A stretch of DNA of 62,734 nt, filler included, from Dugesia japonica (taxonomy: Eukaryota): the NCBI GenBank assembly GCA_001938525.1. It is 5 parts of 5 records of this genome, joined end to end, with 100 filler letters (N's around TTAATTAATTAA, not from the genome) between each part and the next. Parts side by side here need not be neighbours in the genome. Positions count along the whole stretch, not along the records: positions 1 to 9,890 come from MQRL01566607.1; positions 9,991 to 23,453 come from MQRL01578804.1; 3 more parts are not named here. The stretch is one strand, 5' to 3'. The translations under genes were made by a program, and so were the position numbers. Below, piece after piece: positions 1-12,707 of this stretch. Below the pieces are notes generated by a model, which saw only the letters and a program-made list of their open reading frames with translations, made no database searches and had not been told where the DNA came from. Numbering within the stretch: the stretch's first letter is position 1; every line of letters starts with the position of its first letter.

Positions 1-1
1 T

Positions 2-386
2 CATAACCCGCATAACCAGGATGCCGGAATATTAGTCGATAGCTCCAACTTACCACCGGTAGAAGCCGCTGTAAATCGTATTCAGAACTTTGGCGAGACG
101 TTAAACTACCAGCATTGGAACGGGCCGGTGCGTAATCACACTGCCCCGTTCCAGTATCAAACTCCGGCCCCACCCCCAGTCGTACAAGCATTCATCAGCA
201 ATTTGCTCTGGGGCGTTAGGGAACCCACCGGNNNNNNNNNNNNNNNNNNNNNNNNNNNNNNNNNNNNNNNNNNNNNNNNNNGTCGTACAAGCATTCATCA
301 GCAATTTGCTCTGGGGCGTTAGGGAACCCACCGGTGTCGAGGACTCCGAAAACACTGCTCCTATAACGGACGCGGCCACTAACTAA
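2..386 (+). CDS. ORF1 of the repeat family, copy A (partial; spans an N gap with duplicated flanks)
   Basis: My translation HNPHNQDAGILVDSSNLPP...YQHWNG...FISNLLWGVREP aligns with ORF 31824-32252 (NPYNRDAGVLVDCSNLP...YEWNG...FVNNTLWEIRNP). Confidence 0.7.
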
Positions 387-595
387 TAGTTTTTCATTAT
401 TTTATGTTTGAATTGATAAATACATATGTGTTTCTAGTTAGTACTAATTTGCGTAGAACTGATTCATTATTTTAATAAAGGGGAATTTCTGTTATCGTTA
501 CCATAAGAATGTTTGAGTTTCTGTCAATGAAACAAATTAATAAAAAAGGGTCTGAGTTCAATGATAATAACTTTCATTAACCGTTAATATTTTAG

Positions 596-954
596 TGCAT
601 TCCTCTCTGAACCGTCCTTCAGCTCCTACTAAGAAACTAAGAGACACCAGCGAGGACCAAGAAATCACTTGGGACCTCTATTGCCTGGCAAAACGACGCT
701 GGGAGGCGGAGATTGCCACCGCGAACAGTAAGGTCAGCCGATACAAGAAGAAATGCATGTCCTTCAAGTCTGAAGCCGAGGCATCTCATAGGTAAGGAAG
801 GCTCTGGAAGACCCAACTAGAATCTTTTACTGAGATGATTCGGTCCTACCAAGACCGCGAAAACAAATTGGTACAGGACGTCCATCGATTAAAAGCTGCT
901 ATGCCCCTCGAACCATTAATTGTCGACAAGGGTAGCCAGACCTCGCGGCCTTGA
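596..954 (+). pseudogene. ORF2 of the repeat family, copy A: coiled-coil protein ending DKGSQTSRP; one in-frame stop
   Basis: Starts after the acceptor TTTTAG|TG. The frame continues past TAA at 793-795 as GRLWKTQLESFTEMIRSYQDRENKLV..., which matches 31244-31606. Confidence 0.7.
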
Positions 955-1042
955 TACTTGTAAATTTACAAATAAGCGTTTTGTTATACCTACATTCTTC
1001 CTTCTGAATTATTCACTTGATTATCTTTTGTCTGTTTTACAG

Positions 1043-1454
1043 AAATAATTNNNNNNNNNNNNNNNNNNNNNNNNNNNNNNNNNNNNNNNNNNNNNNNNNN
1101 NNNNNNNNNNNNNNNNNNNNNNNNNNNNNNNNNNNNNNNNNNNNNTTAAAGCAGAAAGCGGATAGAGCATTGATTAAGCATTTAGACCAGCGAGATCGTC
1201 TGATCAAAAAACTTGATCAGATTGTGAAAAAGGAGAATGACTTGGCGGTGCAGACAAAGACGTTAGAAAATGAAAAAAAAATGCTATTGCAGAGGAAAAT
1301 CGATTTCCTCAAACAATATATATCCGACCTTTCCCGCCAACTAGGAAACCCTACATGGGTCCAATGGGACGACAATGATGATTCGGCGGCGTTCAACCTT
1401 TTGACGACCAATCCAGCCCAGTGGTTAGATCCGGGCGCTTTGGATCTTATCTAA
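1043..1454 (+). CDS. ORF3 of the repeat family, copy A: coiled coil with acidic tail ...QWLDPGALDLI (gapped)
   Basis: Acceptor TTTTACAG at 1035-1042. Homologous to 30734-31095 (QWFDPGALDFM) and 25778-26106. Confidence 0.7.
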
Positions 1455-2029
1455 TTTTCATTTAAAATAATTATTATTGTTCAATTCGTTCTAATCTTTG
1501 ATGAAGCCGTGGGAACAGGGAAAAGAGTGAACTCAAATTCAAAGGCCTATGGGAGCGCACCTTCCATTAAGAGAGAGGTCAACCGCTATATGCTGAATAT
1601 CTAACCTAGGGGCGTTTGGTTAAATTCTTGAAAGGGTTCCCCTGAGGGCTGTTTTTCCGCAGCCACACTTTTCTTCATCCAACTCAGGTTGGACCCCAAC
1701 GATATTAATAATAATAATAATTATAGTAATTTTATATATGAGGTATTAAAAATTACTTGTAAACTTTACATGATACTGAAGAATTATTATATGAATATTA
1801 TAATGATTTAAATACAATAATGAGATGCAGAAGGTCACAAATCACGATTAATTCTTGTAAAAAATAATTAACTTTCTTTTGATGTTCATTAAAATCTGTA
1901 GAAGTAATTATGGAATTAAATGAAAAACCCACATTTCTTTAAAAAATTTATAATAGATAATTACCATATCCATAATAGAATTCCATTTTAAAACTTTTCA
2001 ACAAAGTGCTTGTTGATGAAAAATGCAAT

Positions 2030-2815
2030 TAAATAAATAAGAAGCTGCAATATTTTATTCTAGAACCTTTTTACTAACAAACGTACAAACACCATTAAAA
2101 TGATCGACCATCTGTAGTAAAGGACTTTAAATCTTTCCATTTCAAACCTAGAGAAGCAATGGTTTCTTAAACTTTTCTAAAGATATTTATTGCAGTGGCT
2201 ATTCCTTTTAAGATACAATGAACAGCCAGTTCTTCACACAAATCATAATTACTATTAATTCCACATACACAAATTAAAAGGTGAGTAGTATCTTTGATGT
2301 CATGTGTCTCATCTAGTGCAATAAAACAACATTGAAATGAATTCACTTGTTTTTTGAAAGTTTCTAAACTATGGTTCCCTATGTGCTCAACTTGGCTCAT
2401 CATTGACCTAGCTGACAAACTCATATTATCTATTATTTTTCTTTATTTCTAGACTTATAATTTCCATAACTTCTAAAAGGCATTTTTTAAAAATCTTACA
2501 ATGAGTAGATAGTTTTCCAACAAAAAGAATCAAAATCATAATCGTATATCCAACACGAACACCTGCTTCATTTTCATTATGCATTTTAAAAAGAAATCTT
2601 GCTGATGGTTCAAAGATTGTTTTAAATTATTTATTTGAATCGTTCTTAGACTTCCTAGGAGGCAATCATATTTAACTTTATGTTGTGAGTCATAGTGCCT
2701 TACAAATTAAACCGTATGCTTTTTATTAAACTCTATGAAAATATAATCATTTGTACATTTTTCTTCAAAAATCCGTTTTTCGTCTTCTATCTTTTACTTC
2801 TTGCTACCCATTTTT
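2030..2815 (-). mobile_element. Degraded hAT transposase (GTF2IRD2/SPIN-like)
   Basis: Motifs SLSARS, FIALDETHDIKDTTHLLICVCGIN and EELA, followed by a TTDG-like motif; many stops. Confidence 0.8.
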
Positions 2816-3124
2816 GAGTAGGGAAATAGTAGTTATATTAATATTTAAATTATCATAAATAAATAAAAGTCAAAATTGATCAAAAATTAATAAGCACACC
2901 AGCACAATGCAATGAAAACATTTGTCAAATATCTTTTCTAATTAATTTCAAACACTTGTCGGTTAATGATGTCTTATTTGTCTTATTATGCCTTATTTGA
3001 AAATTTTAATAAAATTAAATAGAAAACGTTTTTATATTAATACCACACAATTTTAAAATATTGTAACTATTGTAAATAACCATACAAACAGTATTTATTT
3101 AAGTGTTTTATTATAAACTTTATA

Positions 3125-3480
3125 TTATAAACTTTTTTGCAATTCAACCATCAATGTTACAAAAGAATACAACGTTAAACGTCGTTATGAAACTAATCAC
3201 AAAGAATATGGTCTCTTAGTGGAAAAATAAGGACAGGATAAGCTTTGTTAACTTGAGAAAAGCGTTCAAAAAAACTATTTCAAAAGTAGTGAAGCGGCGG
3301 TAACAGCCAGTTCTGAAATTTTTTATATTTTAAGAAAGCATTTAAAAACCATTTAGTGACGGCTCCTTTATTAAGCAATGAGTAATGAAGACTGCACAAA
3401 TTATATACCCTGAAAAAGTCAGTTTCTTTTAAGAAATATCTTTATCTACAGTGGTAGAAAGAATAGTTGATATTTAATTA
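3125..3480 (+). mobile_element. Second hAT (GTF2IRD2-like) transposase N-terminal remnant, divergent from the first
   Basis: Reads KEYNVKRRYETNHKEY...AAVTASSEI...KPFSDGSFIKQ...EISLS..VVERI. Confidence 0.65.
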
Positions 3481-3589
3481 TTATTTTTATCATTTTTAAT
3501 AACACGTTTTGAGTCAATTAAAGACTTTTTAAAGAAATATTATTTATTGCAATTATTACATACGGTGATAAAAGTTTATTCTGGTTCCA

Positions 3590-3900
3590 TTTCCTTTGTT
3601 AATCAATCAATTTTAATAATAAGTTCTTTCATTTTTTCAACATCTACGTCTTGCATTTTGAATTCTTTTTAAACATTTTTATCATCCATTGAATTCGGTA
3701 AAAGGAATTTGACTAGTTGTTCCTCGTTAACTGGTGACGCAGAATATTATCTGCTAATTTTTCAACTTTTGAAAAAAATGAAATTGAAGATTCATTAAGT
3801 CTTTGATATTCAAAGCATTAATTTAATCATTACCAAGATCTGCAGGCTCTGAAAATGCTTCTTTACATTTTCTTTTAAAATTATCAAACTTTGAAATCAC
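3590..3900 (-). pseudogene. Possible gypsy gag remnant
   Basis: Broken frame reads ...EEQLVKFLLPNSMDDK...KEFKMQDVDVEKMKELIIKID, which resembles the gag capsid segments elsewhere in the window. Confidence 0.35.
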
Positions 3901-6363
3901 CGCTTCATATAATTTGACTGAATTTTTTGTTATAAACGCTTTTATAATTAATTTTTTTAAAANNNNNNNNNNNNNNNNNNNNNNNNNNNNNNNNNNNNNN
4001 NNNNNNNNNNNNNNNNNNNNNNNNNNNNNNNNNNNNNNNNNNNNNNNNNNNNNNNNNNNNNNNNNNNNNNNNNNNNNNNNNNNNNAATCTAATTAAGTAT
4101 GAAATATATTTATTATACAAAATAACACTGTAACAAATATATATTGCTTTTAATGAATCAGTTATGTAATAATGTTCGAGCACTAAAAAACATATACACA
4201 TTCATGCATTCAATCACGCATTAACCTTTTCTAATACATGTCAAGTTACTTTTTAAAAGGTCAATATATAAATATTATGCAATTCTCGCAGCCGTAATCA
4301 TCAATATCCAATCATTAGATCATCATAGAGAACATTGGATTGCAGTTTCCAATAAACCGGAAAATATATATTTTTATTTTATACATTTGGATTTTATTAT
4401 TTCCCAATGTTGGTCTCGCAACTATCAATGTTATCAAAGCCTATTGTGTATAACAGAATTTAATATCAAGATCAATTTAAAACAATTTGTGGACAATACT
4501 GTTTGTTATGGTTGAAATCTCGACATTGTAATTTATGTGATTAGGTTAAATAAATGTATTTTAGAAAATGTGTTTGTTATTTATTTTTTAAATTTCATAT
4601 CTAAAATCTCGCTGGAAAATAATAATACTAATAAGATTGATATTATTAATAATAATATTTTTTATTGATATTTGATAACAATTCGATATTTCGACTAAGT
4701 CTTTTTCAGGAATTGACTTTCAGGAATTGAACAAAAAATTATTATTATTATTAATTTATAATTATTTAATTACGTGAAGAATATGTCTATTAATCAATAA
4801 ATAAGAATTGTACAAACGAGAAAAATGCAACCGTGCTCTAATACGTTGTCGCTTTATGACAGACAATCAATTATTGATTTTAATTTTTATAATAACAAAA
4901 ACGAAATCAAATCGATTGTTTTTTCCACATATCGAATTACAAAAAAATATTAATTTTTTAAATCTTAAAATTCTTTCATTTAGTTATTTTTTTAACGTAG
5001 ACAAATTAAGATTTTTAAAGTAAAACGAAAAAACATCTTGTAAATAAATAATTATTTAAACGTTATGAAACATTAACAATTTCAATTCTGGCTAATCAAT
5101 TAAATTTGAGATATTCTAACAAAATATTTATAGTCGAATATTTAATGAAAGATAATTAATTTAAATTAATTCGCATTACTAATGATTTTCGTAACTTCGA
5201 ATTTAACGCTACATATATTTTGTAAATTATATTTAACCTTGTTAATTGGGAACAAAATTTTTTGAAACTCGTTTCAAACTGTGGATCTTTTCCGCAGTGA
5301 TAAATAATATCATCCCACCTCAACAAATAAAAGAAAATTGTTTGTAATTTATTGATTTTTTTATTTCCGCAAAATATTTTATGATATTTAATATATAAAT
5401 TAAGTATTTTCAATGTTCAAATAATTAATAGCTACTGGGGTTTGTAATAATTCTATAGAGTAGTTAATTAGTTTATGTAATTAAACGCAATATAATATAA
5501 CAGAGGTACTCAGAGGTTTATTTCTGGAGAGCTATTTTCGAAATTTTAAAAATTCTGTTGAGCCACAAGTTCTCGAATTTGAATTTAATTTTTTTCTTTT
5601 AAGTTTTTAATTTTATTAGTATTTATTAGGTAAAGAAAAATAAAATGGGATATTATTATTAAAAAAAAAATAAAAAAATTTATACATTTGATATCCTTAA
5701 GGGAAAAAAGTGAAAATAAACTTTATTTTTTCTGTGCATAAAATAAAAAATCAAACGAATAAGAGTGAAATTTAAAAATTATAATTGAACCACAAAATTT
5801 TGGCAAAGAGCCACACTTTTTATATGGCTGTAATATAATATATTTAATAAAAACTAAGATTATTAAGCAGTGTTAATAAAAATATTGAAAATAAATTAGA
5901 AAAATGTAAAAATAAATAACCGATTTTCGCAATTGAATTTCTTTTGTTTAAATTTCCCATTCTTTTTACAATTTCCATTTATTTTTAATTATTATATTTT
6001 TATTAAAATTTCGTTTATTAGTATGTTTTGTTGTCAAATATCTACTTTAAAGAAATCCATATTTTCCAATAATAATTTATTATTAACCAAAATATTTATT
6101 TTGTGAATTTCTTTTATTGAATTATTCCAATTATATAAATTTTTCTTTTGTCATTTGTCGAAAGTTAAATATTGATTTAATTTTTAAAATCAAGACTCAT
6201 TAACAATTAATTTTATTAAACAGGAAGTCTTAAAAAGAACAAGACTCAATATAATGAAAATGTAAATATTAATTAAAGATTGAGAAGGTTTTTAATAAAT
6301 AATAAGTAGCACGATTCCGACATTGAAACTCATGCCAACCATTAATTTTTTTCCTGTTTATTC

Positions 6364-6430
<67 letters not shown>

Positions 6431-6480
6431 NNNNNNNNNNNNNNNNNNNNNNNNNNNNNNNNNNNNNNNNNNNNNNNNNN

Positions 6481-6546
<66 letters not shown>
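6364..6546 (+). repeat. (TAA)n microsatellite with an internal gap
   Basis: Directly visible. Confidence 0.95.
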
Positions 6547-6547
<1 letters not shown>

Positions 6548-6550
6548 TAC

Positions 6551-9500
6551 TATGGGGAAATAATTATTAACTAATAATTTCACCCAATAGAAATTGAGTT
6601 ATATAAATATTAATATTGAAACGTTTGTATTTCGATATTATTTATATTATGAAACATGATTTGTAGTAGTAAAATAAATAATGTCTAAAAATATTAGTAG
6701 TGATTTACAAAATTAATTACCAATTGAAGATATACCTAACATGGTGGCAGCGGTAAATACCGATTCTATTAATTCTATTAAAAATATATAGGAAAATATA
6801 TATATCGATAATAATAATAATAAATAGTTTAACATTAATTAACAGAATATAATAATACTATGAGGAAATAATTAATTATTAATAATCTCATCCAATATAA
6901 ACTGAGTTATCTGAATTTTAATATTGAAATTCTAGTATTTCAATATTATTTATCTTATGAAACATGTGTTGTAGTAGTAAAATAAATAATTTCTAAAAAT
7001 ATTAATTGTGATTTGCAAATGAATTACCAATTGAAGATATATCAAACATGGTGGCAGTGGTAAATACCGATCTTATTACAGAGAGGTTATTGCCGAATGT
7101 GTTCTGCAGAGGAGATGATATTGAGAAATTCATCAAACGGTGTAAATTGTATTTTAAAGCTTAAAACATCACCTATACGAAACAACAGGAGAGATTAGTC
7201 TCGTGTTTGTTAAATGAAGATTTGTTGGAAGAATATGCAAAAACGTTGAAAAAAGTTGAAGGTTTTCAGGCTCGTTTACGTATGGNNNNNNNNNNNNNNN
7301 NNNNNNTTATCAAAGATTTTCAAAATTTGATTAATTACATGCGTGGAAATGAAGAGATTCAAGTTTATTTTAAAAATGTAAAAGATTTAGTAAAATGATT
7401 ATTTACAAATAAAGATTTTACTAAGAAAAAAATGGTAGCAAAGATGCTAGTATATTGTTCAGATAACAAATAAGTTTAAGAAGAAGTTACTTTGCAAAAA
7501 CGAGAGAATATAGAAGAAATTGAAGAAACAATGACGTTAGTAGATCAAGTTGAGAAAAACAAATACCGAGTTGATGCAGTTAGAAGTTACGCGAGAGTTA
7601 TAAATCGAAATTATCAGAAACCTGTAAATCATACAGTGAATAGACATGTATATGCTAAAGAAAAGAAAAACAAAATATCTAATGTTGGTCATGTCATAAG
7701 ATCAGTCATACTAAAGCAAATTAATAGACAAAAAAGTGGTAGAGTGCTGGATTTGTCATAAAACAGAATATATAAGTCGAGGCTGTCCAAACAAAAATCA
7801 ACAAAATGTTTTGGATGTAAAAAGGTTGGCCATATTAGAAGGTTATGTCAAGAAGTGAGGTGTAAACGATGTGGTAATGGTGGACATATAGCAGAAGAGT
7901 GCTACACAAATTTGAAAGCGAAAAGTACAAGTGAGAAATTTATGACTCCAGAAAGATCAGAAAACCGATATAATTGTGTTGATGCGATTGAAGATGAAGA
8001 TGTCAGTACAAACGATGGATATGAGGAAGCATATGAAAGTGATTCTGAAAGGCAGNNNNNNNNNNNNNNNNNNNNNNNNNNNNNNNNNNNNNNNNNNNNN
8101 NNNNNTTGCAAAAACGAGAGAATATAGAAGAAATTGAAGAAACAATGACGTTAGTAGATCAAGTTGAGAAAAACAAATATCGAGTTGATGCAGTTAGAAG
8201 TTACGCAAGAGTTACAAATAGTATTGATCAGAAACCTGTAAATCATACAGTGATGTGGAGCAAAGAAAAGAAAAACAAAATATCTAATGTTGGTCATGTC
8301 ATAAGATCAGTCATACTAAAGCAAATTAATCGACAAAAAAGTGGTAGAGTGCTAAATTTGTCATAAAACAGAATATATAAGTCGAGGTTGTCCAAACAAA
8401 AACCAACAAAATGTTTTGGTTGTAAAAAGGTTGGCTATATTAGAAGGTTATGTCAAGAAGTGAGGTGTAAACGATGTGGTAATAGTGGACATATAGCAGA
8501 AGAGTGCTAAACAAATTTGAAAGCGAAAAGTACAAGTGAGAAATTTATGACTCCAGAAAGATCAGAAAACCGATATAATTGAGTTGATGCGATTGAAGAT
8601 GAAGATGTCAGTACAAACGATGGATATGAGGAAGTATATGAAAGTAATTCTGAAAGGCAGTACTCAAAAGTCAGGGCTTCATCATTAGAGGAGTTGGTTG
8701 GAGCCATTCATTGTTAAATGAAGTTAGTAATTATCTTCAAGGGGTCGGAAAGTGAGATGATATCAGAAAAGTTACAGAAAAAGTATAAAGGTTCTTAAAG
8801 AGGGAAAATTCTGCAGATGAATGAATAGTAGAATGAGTTGGTACAGTGGAAACAGAAAAGAAAACAAATATTTTGTACCATAAATTGCAAAGCAGACAAA
8901 GTATTACGTTATCAATTCAAGGAAATAAAGTAGAGTGTCTATTAGGTACTGGGGCTTGAATTAACGTGATGGATTTGAGTTGTTTTAATAAATTACAAGT
9001 AAATTTAGAAGTGAGTGATGAAAAATTGCGTTGTGCAAATAATAGTACACTTGAAATTGTTAGGAAAGTTAAAACCGGAGTGATAATTGATCACATTTTC
9101 AAAGAGATTACTTTCTTAGTTGCTGAAAGAGTAACACCAGATCTGATTGCAGGAATAGATATGCAGAAGATTTTTGGANNNNNNNNNNNNNNNNNNNNNN
9201 NNNNNNNNNNNATGAAAAATTACATTTGCAATATTGAAGCGAAATTTTTAAGACAAATTAAAAAAGGAGAGCGATTGACAAGAGCCTTAAATATTTTGAA
9301 GATTTAAGAAGATCAACTGTTATTGAAAATAATTGAAAGTAAAGAAGATGCTTTATGGCAGATAAATGAGATGTAGGACGCATACATCTGACAAGACAAG
9401 CCTTTCCGATGACTAATATCGATGAAAGGCTGGACAAGTTAGATGGAGCCAAATATTTCAGTTCAATAGATTTGGGAATTGCATAATATCATGTAGAGCT

Positions 9501-9890
9501 CGAAGAAAAATCTCAAGAAAAAACAGCGTTTTCAACAAAACATGAACAATGCAATTTGGCATAGCAGCGGTACCAGGCACATTTCAAGAGATGATGACTG
9601 AACATAATTGAAAAGGAAAGAGAAGATCATGTAAACATTTCTGAGGAAACGGATTTGAGAAAGAAAATGAAAATTCCGGATGACAACTACATGAAACAAT
9701 AAAAGGCATGCATAAATTATTATATCAGCCATGAGTTGAAAAGGTGTACGAATATATGAGAAACAAATCTATTGTAAAGCATTTGTGGAGCCAAATACAG
9801 ACGATAGTTCAAACTAGTGAAATTTGTCAGAAGACCAAAGAAGTGACAACAGCAACTAAAGAGAAAACAAAGAGTTTAGAAGCTACCAAT
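6551..9890 (+). mobile_element. Degenerate Ty3/gypsy LTR retrotransposon G1 (duplicated 5' LTR plus PBS, gag, protease, deleted RT, start of integrase)
   Basis: CCHC knuckles CFGCKKVGHIRRLC and CKRCGNGGHIAEEC; protease site LLGTGA (DTGA variant); RT segment GAKYFSSIDL; integrase zinc-finger remnant at about 9720-9890. Confidence 0.9.
6742..6754 (+). promoter_or_regulatory. Primer-binding site TGGTGGCAGCGGT (tRNA-Leu type); second copy at 7049-7061
   Basis: Lies directly after an LTR end (...AACA) and is complementary to the tRNA-Leu 3' end ACCGCUGCCACCA. Confidence 0.7.
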
Positions 9891-9990
9891 NNNNNNNNNN
9901 NNNNNNNNNNNNNNNNNNNNNNNNNNNNNNNNNNTTAATTAATTAANNNNNNNNNNNNNNNNNNNNNNNNNNNNNNNNNNNNNNNNNNNN
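9891..9990. other. Artificial contig spacer N44-TTAATTAATTAA-N44
   Basis: Identical 100-nt structure occurs four times; the core has stop codons in all six frames. Confidence 0.95.
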
Positions 9991-12707
9991 GTTGTTCAGA
10001 TCCAAAAGCATAACACCTTTTTTTCTTGACAATTTCTGCTTACATGACTAATTTTGTTACAGGTTCAACACGTTATTTCTAGTCTTTCGTTGTTTCTGTT
10101 CTGTTGCATTCCTGCATTTCGACTCTTGTTGAAATTTGTTTGATCTGGACTTCGGCGAACTGCATCTCTGTAGTTAAGAACGACATTTATTTCTTCAGTT
10201 TTTACTTCGTCTTGTATGTCTTCCCACTCTTTNATTGTTTTAAATACATCGTCTACTTTTTCTATTTTTCCTGATTTGATTTTATGTTTAATCTTTCTGT
10301 CGTTGCAACTATTCATTATAAGTTCTTTTGTTAAGTCCTCTTTGTTCCATTTATGAGCCATTAACTTTTCTACCAATTCTTCAATCTTCTTATTATATAT
10401 ATTTATATGCTCTCAATTCACTCGATAATTTAAAGCTTCCTCCTTATCTTTAATCATTGTTAATGGTCTAAAGAAAGCCTTTCTGAATCTTTCTTCAGAT
10501 CCCAATGATTCGTCTTCATTTTCATAGATTTCACGCAGTTCTTTATCTATGAAAGCAACTACAAACAAACTACTTTGAACTTTCTTTGTTCCAGTTATAC
10601 CAAAATACTTTGTTATCTGCAAGATAAATTTTTCGACATCATCGCCCAATTTGATAATTCCAGGGTTCTTGGTTTCTTTTAGCAAATCAATGATGCGTTG
10701 GTCGCTATATTAGTTAAATTCAAAACTTCACAAATCTCTATAAACTGTGTTTATTATTACAAGTGTATTTGATTAACATAAAAATTATGTTAAGAATATT
10801 TCATAGAGTTAGAACATAAGATTATTACATAATGTTTATTTATTAAAATTCAAAATATAATTACAAAACTGATANNNNNNNNNNNNNNNNNNNNNNNNAA
10901 TTTATAACTGATATATAACTACTCTCTCTTCTAATTTTAAGTTTCAATCTTCTTCAGCCATTCTAATCTTCTGGGTTTGAGTTTTCCCGCAAAGTCTATA
11001 AACACCTGGTGTGGGCTTATGAATTTAATTATTTTATATGGACCTTCATATCTTAAACAGTCTTTCTTCAGCTTGTGTGGATCCACCTTTACCAATACTT
11101 CTTCCCCTTCATTTAATTGTCTATATGTTCGTCTGTCAGATTCATATTTGCTTAACTTTTTAGCCGCTTCATGTAAGTTTCCATCTGCTAATTCTTTCAT
11201 TTTTTTATGATCTGAACTTTCTTGTTGCAGTAACCCATATAAAACTATCCTTCTTCCAAAGATGATTTCGAAAGGAGATAATCCAGATGATTTCCATTGA
11301 GTCGCATTCTTAGCAAATTGTATTCTTGGTAGTAATTTGTCCCAGCTTGCTTACGAGCATCCATATTTTATCGTTGTTACCATCATATATCTTAAAGTTC
11401 TAATGCTTCTTTCTACTAAGCCATTTCATTGATGTTGATATGGCGATGCGAATTCTTGTTTTATCTCAAATTTATCTGGAAATGATTGCATTAATTTCCC
11501 TTCAAATATCTTTCCTCTATCAGTTAAAAATGACTTCGGTTTCCCAAAACGATATATCCATAGCTCTTTTATCGCATCAACCACTGACTTTTTATCTTGT
11601 TTATTCAATGCTACAAAAGAAACTAACTTACTAAATCTGTCAACCATGACGAGAACATATTTNGTCTTAGTTTGTGCTTCAGGAAAATGAGCAATATCCA
11701 TGGCAACCTGTTCTAAAGATCCAAACTCTGTTCTTGGGATAAAACGCTCTTTCGTTCTACCAGTGTATGTCTTTTTTCATATTGCATACCATACATTTTT
11801 TAATTGGTGTTCTACAATCCGTTTCATATTTGGCCAACAATAACTTACATTTAAATATTCTTTAAAATTTTGTCCTCCCACGTGACATAATTCCTCGTGA
11901 ATTAAATCAATAAGTTCTGGTATCGATTGCCCTACAAGTACTATTTTCTTTTGTTATTTTCATTGATAACTAAAATTTCATCATTCATCTCAAATTTATC
12001 CATTTTTGAAAAATATTTACTTTTCGTCACCATAGCACTCAATTTACTATCACCCTTTCCTTTTTCTATATATTCAATAATTTCTCTTGTAANNNNNNNN
12101 NNNNNNNNNNNNNNNNNNNNNNNNNATTTATCAAAATTTGTTTTATCTAATACATTGATTCTTTTAACGCGAGCTCATTCTCCCTTGGAATCTTGATGTG
12201 ACCTCTGACATTGTGAACACCAGCTTTCGCCTATTCTTGAAAGTCCATCGGCATTCCCATGTACTGCTTCTTTTCTGAATTCTAGATCGAAATTAAATTC
12301 TGCTAAATTTATTATCCATGTTTGGAACTGAGAACCAATAGGTTTACTCGACTTCGTCATAAATGTCAGAGCTTTATGATTTGTTCTTGCTCTAAATNCT
12401 TTCCGTATAAATAATGTTTGAAATACACCATGAACTCATGCAATGCCAACAACTCCTTGCGAGTTACGCAATATCATTTTTCATGATTATTTAATGGGCG
12501 AGAACTATAAGCTATTACTCGTTCTAATCCATCGTTTGTAATTTGGCTTAAAACTCCTCTAATTGCCCCAAAACTAGCATCCGTATCTAATATCATTTCA
12601 CTTTTATCATTTGGAAAAGCAAATCTTTTAAAAATACATTTTAAAATTATATTTATACAAATTAAAGAAAGATTTCTCAGATATTTAACTATGAATAATT
12701 CTTACAA
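9991..12707 (-). mobile_element. Ty3/gypsy G2: RNase H and integrase, PPT, LTR (about 10708-10920), PBS-like site, then gag of a following unit
   Basis: LDTDASFGAI and RKELLA (RNase H); VMVDRFSK, FLTDRGKIF and SPYQHQ (integrase); EGPYKI (GPY/F motif); purine tract at 10921-10933; gag ORFs at 10065-10685 with CCHC remnants. Confidence 0.9.

Larger units (their letters stand above)
1..1700 (+). mobile_element. Copy A (5' part outside window) of the orphan multi-ORF repeat family; ends ...CTCAGGTTGGACCCCAAC(G)
   Basis: Three ORFs are homologous and colinear with the copies at 24960-26368 and 30486-35435. The ~200-nt 3' terminal block is shared with those copies and with 38570-38738. Confidence 0.8.

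Noticed and set aside
178-334. Direct repeats flanking N gaps (also about 35991-36120)
   Set aside because: Identical sequence on both sides of a gap is typical of an unresolved contig overlap.
6362-6583. Poly-Ile/Leu ORF (and the similar ORF at 54826-55170)
   Set aside because: These are translations of (TAA)n microsatellites and N gaps.
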